The position numbers and the translations under genes are program-made. A stretch of 63,877 nt of DNA, filler included, from Limisphaerales bacterium (lineage in GTDB: Bacteria > Verrucomicrobiota > Verrucomicrobiia > Limisphaerales > SIBE01), in assembly GCA_044225505.1 (NCBI GenBank). It is 3 parts of 3 records of this genome, joined end to end, with 100 filler letters (N's around TTAATTAATTAA, not from the genome) between each part and the next. Parts side by side here need not be neighbours in the genome. Positions count along the whole stretch, not along the records: positions 50,442 to 63,877 come from JBGAIN010000199.1; 2 more parts are not named here. One strand, 5' to 3'. Under the pieces are notes generated by a model. The model was not told the origin of the DNA and did not search any database. It saw nothing but the letters and a program-made list of their open reading frames with translations. Positions 52,380 through 61,631 of the stretch are shown piece by piece. The stretch's first letter is position 1. The number at the start of each line of letters is the position of its first letter.

Positions 52380-52766
52380 ATGGCCTACAACCAAGCTCTC
52401 GCCGACCGCATCTGCGAGGCCTTTAAGGCGCGAGGTGTTGTCTTTGAAATCAAAATCATGATGGGCGGCCCCTGCTTCATGGTAGATGGCAAGATGTGCG
52501 TCGGCGTCGCGGATAAGCGGCTCATGGTGCGGCTTGACCCAGCGCTCGACGGCGCGGTGATGGAACGGCCTGGATGCAAGCAGATGGATTTCACGGGTCG
52601 CCCAATGAAAGGTTTCGTGTTCGTTGACCCCATTGGCACCGAGGCCAAGAGCGACCTGGACGAGTGGCTTCAGCTTGCACTCGAATTTAATCCACGCGCA
52701 AAAGCCTCCAAGAAGGCTTCTAACAATCGTCCTAAAAATGCCCCAAAAAAACAGAAATTATCGTGA
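52380..52766 (+). CDS. TfoX N-terminal domain protein
   Basis: MAYNQALADRI...MMGG.CFMVDGKMCVGV...MDFTGRPMKGFVFV. Confidence 0.85.
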   Translation: MAYNQALADRICEAFKARGVVFEIKIMMGGPCFMVDGKMCVGVADKRLMVRLDPALDGAVMERPGCKQMDFTGRPMKGFVFVDPIGTEAKSDLDEWLQLALEFNPRAKASKKASNNRPKNAPKKQKLS

Positions 52767-53311
52767 AGAATCCTATGTTCAGAATCCTGCTTATCGCGAT
52801 CCCCATCATCGTCGTCCTCTTTCTCATCATTGTTGCGATGCAACCGTCCAGCTATCGAGTGGCGCGTTCTCTTGCGATGAGCGCACCGCCGGAAGCCGTG
52901 TTTCCTCACATCAGTGATCTAAAGAAGTGGGAGAAATGGAATCCATGGGGCAAAGCCGACCCCAATATGAAGCTCACTTACGGCACTTCGACTTCTGGTG
53001 TCGGAGCGAACTACTCGTGGGCGGGTAATCGCGAGGTGGGTGAGGGCCGTCTGACCGTCGCCGAGAGCCGTCCGAACGAATTCATCAAATACAAGATGGA
53101 CTTTTTCAAGCCCATGACGGGAACCGCTGAGGCGGACTTCACCTTAAAACCTCAAGGCAAGCAAACCGAGGTGACGTGGACGGTAACCGGCGAAAAGAAT
53201 TTTATGTCCAAGGCGTTTTGTCTGTTTATGAGCATGGACAAAATGCTTGGCGCCAAGTTTGAGAGGGCATTGGCGGACTTGAAGGGGATTACTGAAGCCA
53301 CCGCCAAGTAG
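52763..53311 (+). CDS. SRPBCC / polyketide cyclase-dehydrase family membrane-anchored protein
   Basis: N-terminal TM, WNPW...DP, GVGA.YSWAGN..VGEG and MDKMLG..FE. The GTG start overlaps the previous stop. Confidence 0.88.
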   Translation: MKNPMFRILLIAIPIIVVLFLIIVAMQPSSYRVARSLAMSAPPEAVFPHISDLKKWEKWNPWGKADPNMKLTYGTSTSGVGANYSWAGNREVGEGRLTVAESRPNEFIKYKMDFFKPMTGTAEADFTLKPQGKQTEVTWTVTGEKNFMSKAFCLFMSMDKMLGAKFERALADLKGITEATAK

Positions 53312-53362
53312 AGCAGCCTCCGGCGATTTTCCGGTCGTGTTTTCCGCGGGGCATCAATCGAT

Positions 53363-54109
53363 CGAAGCCATGTCGGTGGGAGAGAGGGCTTTCGTGGAGA
53401 CGATAGAGGATCAAATGCGTTAGTGGCAGCGGATGAGCGTTGGCGAGGACGGGAGCCTAGGTCTAGTCGGAGGAGTATGGCGCATTTTCTGGCCTGGAAA
53501 AGTGAGACATGCACCCGTTAAGAGCCCCTCGAAGGCTCTTAATCTTCTGCTGCCGCACTTCTTGTCGTGGTCCGACGAGGAGGCACGACCGCACCCGTTG
53601 CCTGCAAGGAATGACTGGCGCAGAGCCGGGGTCTGGGTCGGGGTCGGTATCGGAATCGGGATCGAAGGATGGGTTTGGGATTTGGCTACAAGCGGTTGGA
53701 AGCCTACTGCAGGTCCATTGAATCAGAGGAGCAATGGGGTATTCAAGGAACGATGCCGATACCGATAGCGACCCCGACTCCGAGTGCAGCCGAAGATTGC
53801 AGCGGCGGAACGTCTGCGGCTGGTCTGACGACACACCCGCGGTCCTTGATCTCACCCAGTTTGGATTACACCCGACAGAGTGGCAGCGGCGTCTCGCCGC
53901 TGGCTGGGATGGGAATGCCGTGCTTCATCACCCATAGACAGCCGAATCAGAGCCGAGACGGCTCTGCCACTAGTTTATGGGCTGCACTCCTTTTAAGGCC
54001 GCACCGCCGAGAGGAGCCAGCCCCGCGGCGTCAAGGAATGGAGAGCAAAGCTCCGCCGGCCGGAGCATCTGATTCCTGCTCGGCCGCTGAATAATTTCGC
54101 ACCAGGCGC
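53363..54109. repeat. Long direct repeat, copy A (left flank of cargo block); includes a duplicated 3' end of the ABC gene at 54031-54109
   Basis: 53480-53888 matches 61752-62160 with ~6 mismatches, 54031-54109 matches 62164-62242 with 2 mismatches, and 53363-53479 matches degenerately. Confidence 0.95.
53879..53971. repeat. Inverted pair of REP-like hairpins
   Basis: AGTGG-CAGCGGCG-tct-CGCCGCTG ... CAGAGCCG-aga-CGGCTCTG-CCACT. Confidence 0.75.
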
Positions 54110-54315
54110 TCAGGTAAGGCGCGGACACAGCTTCGCAAAACTGGTCACTTCAACGGACCAGAAACCGGGGTTGAGGCCCGCCATACCTGCTTTCACTACG
54201 CTCACCGCGCGATCTGCCGGAATCTCATCTTCCTTCGGGCTCTGCCGCACTGCCGTAAATGTCTTGCGATTCTCCGCGTTCTTACCCACAAATGCTGCTA
54301 CAGAGCCCGTTTCCC

Positions 54316-55065
54316 ATGTTGCCTTTCAACAATTCTGGAATAAAGGCATCTCCAGCTGCGCAATGGTTTGCGACCACGCACTGGAGTGTAGTCTTGGATG
54401 CAGCTCAGGAAGAGAAGCCCGGTGCAAAAGAAGCGTTGAATAAGATCTGCGCCAGTTATTGGGAACCCCTTTTCGCTTTTGTCCGCCGGCAAGGCTATGG
54501 AATCGAAGATTCCGAGGACTTGACCCAGCAGTTTCTGGCGCGGCTTTTGCAGAAGAATCGAATCTCCATGGCAGATCCGAAACGAGGTCGTTTCCGGACG
54601 TTCTTGTTGTCCTCGATGAAAAACTTCCTAGCGAATGAGTGGGCAAAGTCCAACCGGGAAAAGCGCGGCGGAGGATATAAGTTTTTCTCGTTGGAGCGGG
54701 AAGACACTGAGCTTCCTCGCTTTGAACCAAGTGACCAGCGGACTCCAGAGACGGTCTACGAAGAGCGTTGGGCCGCGACCATTATGAGCCGGACCATGGC
54801 AATGTTGCGGGACGAGCAGGCGGGCCGCACAGACTGGTTCGAGCTTCTCAAAGAGTTTATCTGGGGGAGCCAACAGGGATCGATTCAGGAACTGGCGAAG
54901 ACACTAGGTTCTACTGAGGGCGCGGTCAGGGTCGCGGTGCACCGATTGCGAAGCCGTTATAAAGCGCTCTTGCGCAGCGAGATTTCCAAGACCGTGGCCC
55001 ACCCCGAAGAGGTGAATGAAGAACTGCGTTACCTGATTGAAGTGGTTTCACGTTCTCCGCGGTAA
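54316..55065 (+). CDS. ECF sigma factor of the kinase-associated PVC type
   Basis: [29 protein letters not shown] and [14 protein letters not shown]; directly upstream of a Ser/Thr kinase. The start is uncertain. Confidence 0.88.
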   Translation: MLPFNNSGIKASPAAQWFATTHWSVVLDAAQEEKPGAKEALNKICASYWEPLFAFVRRQGYGIEDSEDLTQQFLARLLQKNRISMADPKRGRFRTFLLSSMKNFLANEWAKSNREKRGGGYKFFSLEREDTELPRFEPSDQRTPETVYEERWAATIMSRTMAMLRDEQAGRTDWFELLKEFIWGSQQGSIQELAKTLGSTEGAVRVAVHRLRSRYKALLRSEISKTVAHPEEVNEELRYLIEVVSRSPR

Positions 55066-55105
55066 TACTTTCCTAATTTCGCTGTATACGACTTTGGATC
55101 GATCC

Positions 55106-58100
55106 ATGGCAGTTACCAATCCAAACCGTTGCCAGCGTTGCGGGCGGCCCCGTAATGATCTCGGTCCCACGGGGCTCTGCTCTCATTGTCTCCTAACGAC
55201 GGGCTTGGAGTCGATCACGGCGGGAGGCGATTTGCCCATGCGAGAGCCCAAGGCCGAAGCCTGCCGCACTTTTGGAGACTATGAGTTGCTGGAAGAGATT
55301 GCGCGCGGTGGGATGGGCATCGTGTATAAGGCCCGCCAGAAAAGTCTGGATCGCACCGTCGCGGTCAAGCTTCTTTTGTTCGGTCGCTACGCAAGTGACG
55401 AGTTCGTTCATCGCTTTCGCATTGAAGCTTCGTCGGTCGCCAGTTTGCAGCACCCGAATATTGTCGCGATCCATGAAGTTGGAGTGCACGAAGATCAGCA
55501 CTACTTCGCGATGATTTCGTGAACGGCCCCAATCTGGCGCAATTTGTCCGCATTATGCCGACGCGTCTCTCCGCGCGGCCTGGCTACGCAAAAACAATTG
55601 CTGACGCGTATCGAATTTGCTCACCGCCGGCGAAGAACGACCGTGACCCGGAAACCCTCTGGCTGGCGTGGCGCTGCTGCCGCTGGCTGTTTCGTGAACG
55701 GCCCCAATCTGGCGCAATTTGTCCGTAACGAGCCGATTTGCCCCCTCCGCGCGGCCCGCTACGCAAAAACAATTGCCGACGCCATCGAATTTGCTCACCG
55801 CCGGCGAATAATCCACCGTGACCTGAAACCCTCGAATGTGCTGATCGACTCGAATGATCAGCTCCACGTGACAGATTTTGGGCTGGCCAGAAATCTTTCC
55901 GAAGATTCCGACCTAACCCTCACTGGACAGGTGTTGGGATCGCCCAATTACATGCCCCCGGAGCAAGCGTCCGGGCAACGCCACCAGACGGGTCCGACGG
56001 CTGACGTATATTCGATCGGAGCGATCGTCTATCACATGCTCACTGGTCGACCGCCATTCGAAGGAGATACCTTAAGCGAAACGATTCAGCGGGTCTTGCA
56101 CCAAGATCCAATTTCGCCTCGACTGCTCAACTCGAAGGTGCCGGAGGATTTGGAGACTCTCTGCCTTAAATGCTTGGAAAAAGACCCGGCGCGGCGTTAT
56201 CCGACGGCGCAAGCATTGGCAGACGAGCTCGACCGATTTATCCGCAACCAACCGATCCAGGCCCGGCCAGTCACTGCTTTGGAACGAGGCTGGCGTTGGT
56301 GTCGCCGCAACCCCGCCTTCGCCGCTTCGGTTGGCACGATCGTCGGGCTTTTGCTTGTGGTCGCAAGTGGAGCACCGCTGCTGCTTTGGCGAGTCAGCCA
56401 AGCGAGGCGTGTCGCGGAGGAAAATCTGTACATAAAAAGCATTTATCAGGCAAGCGAAGCGTTAGACAGTGAGGATTTGCCGCAGGCCCAAGCCATCTTC
56501 CAAAAAATCAACGAGTCGGCCGTGCAACGCGAGCTCCGGGGTTGGGAGTGGAGATTTCTGAATCATCGGATGCGCAGCGTCCACACCGTCCTCCTGGGCA
56601 GTCATCCATCCTGGATCGCCGATCTCGCCGTCACCCCGGAGGGTGATTTGATTGCGACGATCAGCGAAGACGGTTTGGTCAAGTTATGGAGCTTGAGAAC
56701 CCATCAGGAGCTAACGCAGTGGCAGGCCCACGGCTCGCTCTTGAGATCACAACCGGACATTTTTCACCATGCCGTTCGCTTCGCCGGACGAGGGAAGGTT
56801 CTCATTAGTGCAGGACACGACGGAAAGCTTTGTTTTTGGGATCTCAGTTGGCAACGAACGAACGCCGCCATCCAACCTCAGCCAGCGGTCGTTTTGCAGC
56901 TACCGGAACCGATTATCCGGCTGGCCGTTTCTCCGGACGAAAATTTACTTGCCGGATTGAGCTTTAGAGGCGAGCTGTCGCTTTGGAGTCTAGCGAATCC
57001 GAAGCCTCACTTGCTCGCCCGCCGCTCGGAGGATGAAACCGGATTGTTCGTCGGCTTCGGGTTGGCCTTCTCGTTCGACAGCAAAGAATTGCTCGCCGGA
57101 AGCGTAGACCAGCCAGTCCAACGATATGACGTTACGGACCGAGGCAGGCTCAAGCTTCTTGGGACCGTTCCAGGAAGCGCTCCACCTTTTGCCTTTTCGC
57201 CGGATGGGCACCGCTTGGTCTCAGCGAGCGCGTCTCGCCGCGTGGTGCGCCGTTGGAGCTGGCCGGAGTTGGTCCCTTCAGCTGATCTTCGGCTCCCGAG
57301 CGGCAATGTCGATTCTTTTGCTTTCTCGTCCGATAATCGATGGCTGGCGGCGGGTTCGAGTGGTGGTAAAATCAATATCTGGGACGAAAACGGCCGGTCG
57401 CTACGGGGGGTCAGAACCCTCTATGGCCACGAACAGCATACCAGTGCTCTCTACTTTCTGCGCGGAGGCGATAATGCGGAACTGGTTTCGATCAGCTCCG
57501 ACAAAACAGCTCGACTCTGGAACGTTGGCGGAGAACAGCCAGCCGACATTCTGCTGGTCGGGGCTCCCGTTCTCGCGGCTGCCTTCTCCCCGGATAACCG
57601 CTACCTCGCGGCGGCAGTCAGCGCGGCTTATTTCTTAACGAATTCGACTCCGGCGGAGCCGTATGTCCTCCAACTCTGGGACCTAAAGAGCCGTTCTTTG
57701 ATCAGATCAGTTTTCTTCGGATGGAAAGGCCGCGCGCCCAGCCTTCGCTTTTCGCCAGACGGCCGACACCTGGCGGCGAGCGACTATTCCAGGCTCCAGT
57801 TTCATGAAGTTCCATCTCTGAGGAGAGTCGCAACGGAAGGAGAGCGGGGGTTGGTCTTTTCGAAAAGCGGTGATTGGCACGCGTACGTTAATCACAATCA
57901 AATTTTCCGACGTTCGTCACTTGCCACCATGCCGTCGGTGCTCGCCGCACATCCTCTCGGGGACGAAATTGTCGGGACAGCTCTGGCAGACGATGATTCG
58001 GTGCTGGCTAGTTCGAGCCCGACCGGCGCAATCTATCTTTGGGATCCGCGGAATGGGCGCAGCTTAGGTATTTTTGAAGGACATCAGCTCCGAATCCCGT

Positions 58101-58450
58101 CGATGCTCTTCTCGGCAAATGGACGTAGACTAGTCAGCGCCTGCTGGGACAGCCGATTAGGCATCTGGGACCTCGAGAGCCGGCGTAATCTGGCGTTCCT
58201 GCGAGCACATCATGTTTTCAATGGAGCGGCCATCTCGCCGGACGGCCGAACGATCGCAACCTGTGGCGAGGATGATCACGTCCGGCTTTGGAATCTAGCA
58301 TACTGCCAGGAACTCGCGATTCTGCGCGGCCACACCGGGACGGTGAATGGCGTGGCTTTTTCCAAGGATGGGCAATGGCTCGCGAGCTGTTCAGACGACG
58401 GGACGGTTCGGCTCTGGGCGGCGCCGTATAACTTCGGGTCGCCGAAGTAA
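55106..58450 (+). CDS. Hanks-type Ser/Thr kinase with N-terminal CxxC...CxxC, a TM helix and WD40 repeats; interrupted at 55512-55689 by a frameshift and a noisy duplication
   Basis: [15 protein letters not shown] and HPNIV in ORF 55037-55522; [18 protein letters not shown] and GH...WD repeats in ORF 55544-58450. Confidence 0.85.
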
Positions 58451-58460
58451 CCCTTATCCT

Positions 58461-58790
58461 ATGGCGTGGAGATGTCTCTTGGGTCATCGATGGCAAGGCT
58501 GCCAGTGCACCCGTTGTGGGAAGCGCCAAAATCAGAATCACGCCTGGACGAATTGTCGGTGCAGTCAGTGTGGGATATTTCGCTACATGGAACATGACTG
58601 GCAGGACTGCGTTTGCCTGGTCTGCCGCAGAGAACGACACGTCTGGACTGACGGCATCTGTGTGACCTGTGGGGAACGGTGTCTTCACCCACCTCCTCTG
58701 TTTGGCGGATTGCCGTGGGATTCCGCATGGTCGGCACACGGCCAGGGCTTCCCGACCTGTCACCGTTGCGGATTGCCGTTGGATAGGTAG
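58461..58790 (+). CDS. Small Cys/His-rich protein with repeated H-x-W-x2-C-x-C-x2-C units (putative multi-zinc finger)
   Basis: HRWQGCQCTRCG, HAWTNCRCSQCG, HDWQDCVCLVC, HVWTDGICVTCG and CHRCG; starts 10 nt after the kinase stop. Confidence 0.65.
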   Translation: MAWRCLLGHRWQGCQCTRCGKRQNQNHAWTNCRCSQCGIFRYMEHDWQDCVCLVCRRERHVWTDGICVTCGERCLHPPPLFGGLPWDSAWSAHGQGFPTCHRCGLPLDR

Positions 58791-58859
58791 CTGCGCCTGG
58801 CATGTGGTCCTTTGATTCCCTGTAACAAACTGGCGATTGGGCTGTAGAAGTCGACGAGG

Positions 58860-61388
58860 ATGCGAATGTTCTCGATTCTACCGATCCCTATGAAGATGCC
58901 TTGGGTGCTCGAATGTTTTGGTTCGCCGCATGGATATGCAAAGCTGCCAAGCAAGGCCCAGGGGCGTTGGACGCTGGTCGCCGGACTCTTATGCTGGGCA
59001 ACTCCGACTTCCATCGGGGAGACAGGGAGTCTCGTCCAATTCTCACTTTCCAATTACGACGCTACGGAAGGATCGGCATTTCAGCTGAAAGTCGAGATTG
59101 TTCCACCCAGCACGAATTCCTCTCTGCAAGTCACCATCCGCCCGGCCATCGAAAAGGAGAATACGGCTTCCTGGGACGACGTAGACTCCCAGAGCCACGG
59201 AACTGTGCGGATGGAGGTTCCGATCGGAGCTCCTTCGTTCGTGCTATGGGGAGTTGCTTTGGACGATGGTCGACCTGAGGCGGACGAAACAATGGCTTTC
59301 AACATCGTTAGCGTCTCGGGCGGAGCCGTCCTTGGGGTCCGCACCAACGCGACCCTTACCATTCATAACCAGCCCGCAACTTTGTACGCTTCGGTGAGGG
59401 CGACCGAAGGCGAACCGTTGAACTTGTCCGCGGGGCGTCGTGGAGATACGAATATGGCTGTCACTGCCACCTACCTGATCACCAACGGGACTGCTCGTCC
59501 CTACATCGACTACGTTCCCACGAACGGGACAATCAGCATTAAAGCGGGAGAACGAACAGCTGCCTCCATCATGCTCACGAACCTCGTCCTCGACAACGGA
59601 ACGGTGGATGGTGACAGAACATTGACGGTTGTCTTGTCCGGTGACGAGAGCATCCTCATGGCTCAGCCGAAAAGCGACTGGTTCATTCAAGACAACGAAA
59701 TCGCTAACAGTCTAGACCGGAATTTCAAGGTTCCCAGCTGGCAATCGGTGCGACAAATTGGAATGGAACCCGACGGACGTTTACTGGTTGTCGAACGCCA
59801 ATACGATGGCGCCGCTGCATTGCGCCGGTTATTGCCCAACGGCAGTTGGGATCCGACATTCAACGCTCCTTTCCAGGGGAAGGAGTTTCAGAGTTACTGG
59901 GCACAACGCGCCTCCCGGCAAAGCGATGGCGATTGGCTCGTCCTGTTGGATGACGAGCCCTTCGACGATGTGCCCGCACGCCTGGTGCGCTTGAAGCCCG
60001 ACGGGTCGTTGGATAAATCATTTAATCCCGCAGTGGGAGGTGTGCATAGGAGCGAAATACGAAACAGCGCCGATCGCGGCTATATGCCTCCCAATGCTTT
60101 CTCATTTCTTGCCCAGCCAGATGGAGCCATTCTCGTAAACGTCTTGCAGACCAACCGTCCTAACAATCTAATCCTGCGCCTTGCTCCCGATGGTTCGATC
60201 GATGCGGCATTCCGGCCGATTTATTCAGAATCCCGCCTCTGGCTTCTGGCGGTGAGTCCAGAAGGTAAGTTTCTCGTCGATTTTGCCCAATCCAGCTCAG
60301 TCGCTGGTCGGCTTGGACTATTCTTTTCGAACGGGGCACCGGATAGTTCCTTTCGAGCCGACGCATTCGAAGATTGGCCAGAAAATGATAACCAGGTCCA
60401 GAGCAGGTTTCATCAGGCACTGATTCAGTCCAACCACAAAGTGATCCTGCTATCAAATACGTCTTCCGACTCCGGCGGTTGGTTGTCTAAACTGACGAGA
60501 CTCCTTCCTAATGGAGCGATTGATCCTGCGTTTCAACCACCCGCCCGCCTTGGAAAGCTGCAACTCATCAGCTTGGGAACCAATGAAACTCTTCTTGCCG
60601 GGCACGAGGGATATTCCACTCCCTCCGTCGTGAGGTTTCAATCCAATGGATCCATTGCTGACACGTGGCCTCTACCCTTTTTCGTTAGCGACTTCGCGGT
60701 TCAGCCTGACGGAAAGCTAATTGCGGAGGTGTTGCTGGACCTATTCTCGTCCACATTGTTCCGGCTAGATCTGACTCGGACATTCCGACCGGGCGTTGCG
60801 ATCGCAACGGATTCAGGCTGTCCTCTTTGCCCGTGGGATTCCATGCTCCGGTCCGGCTTGCTCGAATTAAACGAAGAGCAAGGTTCCCAACTGTTCATCG
60901 CCCGGCGACTTGGCGAGACCTCCCAGTCGCTTACCATAGAATTGGAGACCAAGGATCGCACCGCCCAGGTCGGCGAAGATTACACCAGTATTGACAAGAT
61001 GTTGCACTTCGCTGCGTTCGAGGTCGAAAAGGAGGTGCGCCTTGCCATTTTGGACGACCACCAGGCAGAGAGGGACGAAGAATTTTCGTTGTCCTGGAGA
61101 CCGCTCGAGCAAGGCCTGCCAGAGGTTCAAACGTTGACGGTCCGGATCCTCGATAATGAACCGAGCCGCATGTTTACGAGCTGGCCGTCGCTTGAACTGA
61201 ATACAATCAGGCTAGATTTCAACGCACCTTCTGACGAGAAATGGCAAATTGAAGGATCGTCCGACCTTATGACTTGGTCATCTCGAGGAATATTGGGAAA
61301 CCTTCAAGGCTCCACGCGACGATCTTGGTTTGATGACGAAGTTAGCTTTCGTACGCGGCGTTATTATCGCGCCGTCCGGATAAACTGA
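58860..61388 (+). CDS. Secreted protein: Calx-beta domains, delta-60-like repeats and a Verrucomicrobia-type C-terminal domain
   Basis: DDGRPEADET, NGTA...DY and ILDD..AERDEEF; repeats RL.PDGS.D.[ST]F and QPDGK; terminal IEGSSDLMTW...YYRAVRIN. The start is uncertain. Confidence 0.82.
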   Translation: MRMFSILPIPMKMPWVLECFGSPHGYAKLPSKAQGRWTLVAGLLCWATPTSIGETGSLVQFSLSNYDATEGSAFQLKVEIVPPSTNSSLQVTIRPAIEKENTASWDDVDSQSHGTVRMEVPIGAPSFVLWGVALDDGRPEADETMAFNIVSVSGGAVLGVRTNATLTIHNQPATLYASVRATEGEPLNLSAGRRGDTNMAVTATYLITNGTARPYIDYVPTNGTISIKAGERTAASIMLTNLVLDNGTVDGDRTLTVVLSGDESILMAQPKSDWFIQDNEIANSLDRNFKVPSWQSVRQIGMEPDGRLLVVERQYDGAAALRRLLPNGSWDPTFNAPFQGKEFQSYWAQRASRQSDGDWLVLLDDEPFDDVPARLVRLKPDGSLDKSFNPAVGGVHRSEIRNSADRGYMPPNAFSFLAQPDGAILVNVLQTNRPNNLILRLAPDGSIDAAFRPIYSESRLWLLAVSPEGKFLVDFAQSSSVAGRLGLFFSNGAPDSSFRADAFEDWPENDNQVQSRFHQALIQSNHKVILLSNTSSDSGGWLSKLTRLLPNGAIDPAFQPPARLGKLQLISLGTNETLLAGHEGYSTPSVVRFQSNGSIADTWPLPFFVSDFAVQPDGKLIAEVLLDLFSSTLFRLDLTRTFRPGVAIATDSGCPLCPWDSMLRSGLLELNEEQGSQLFIARRLGETSQSLTIELETKDRTAQVGEDYTSIDKMLHFAAFEVEKEVRLAILDDHQAERDEEFSLSWRPLEQGLPEVQTLTVRILDNEPSRMFTSWPSLELNTIRLDFNAPSDEKWQIEGSSDLMTWSSRGILGNLQGSTRRSWFDDEVSFRTRRYYRAVRIN

Positions 61389-61631
61389 GCCAGTCAGTTT
61401 GGTTCCACTCCACCCGAGGGGCAGATACAGCCCACCCACGGGGTCTCCGTTGAGTTCTACCGTGTTCCTTTCGCAACCTTGTGTGACGCCCGCAGCCGGC
61501 ATGCCCTAGAGAATCGTCCTCGGACCACAGCAAGTGTTTCACGAGTAGCCGATTAAGGTCGTTCGGAAGCCTGAGAACGCAGGCATGGCTCACTTCATCA
61601 ACCGGGAACTGGAGCGGCAAACCAAATGGAC

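Noticed and set aside
53433..54094. Small ORFs within the long repeats (and at 61342-62531)
   Set aside because: They are translations of hexamer tracts and hairpins; their starts and stops are not consistently preserved between the two copies.
55515..55833. Diversity-generating retroelement TR/VR pair
   Set aside because: The mismatches are not adenine-specific and include indels, and there is no reverse transcriptase in the window.
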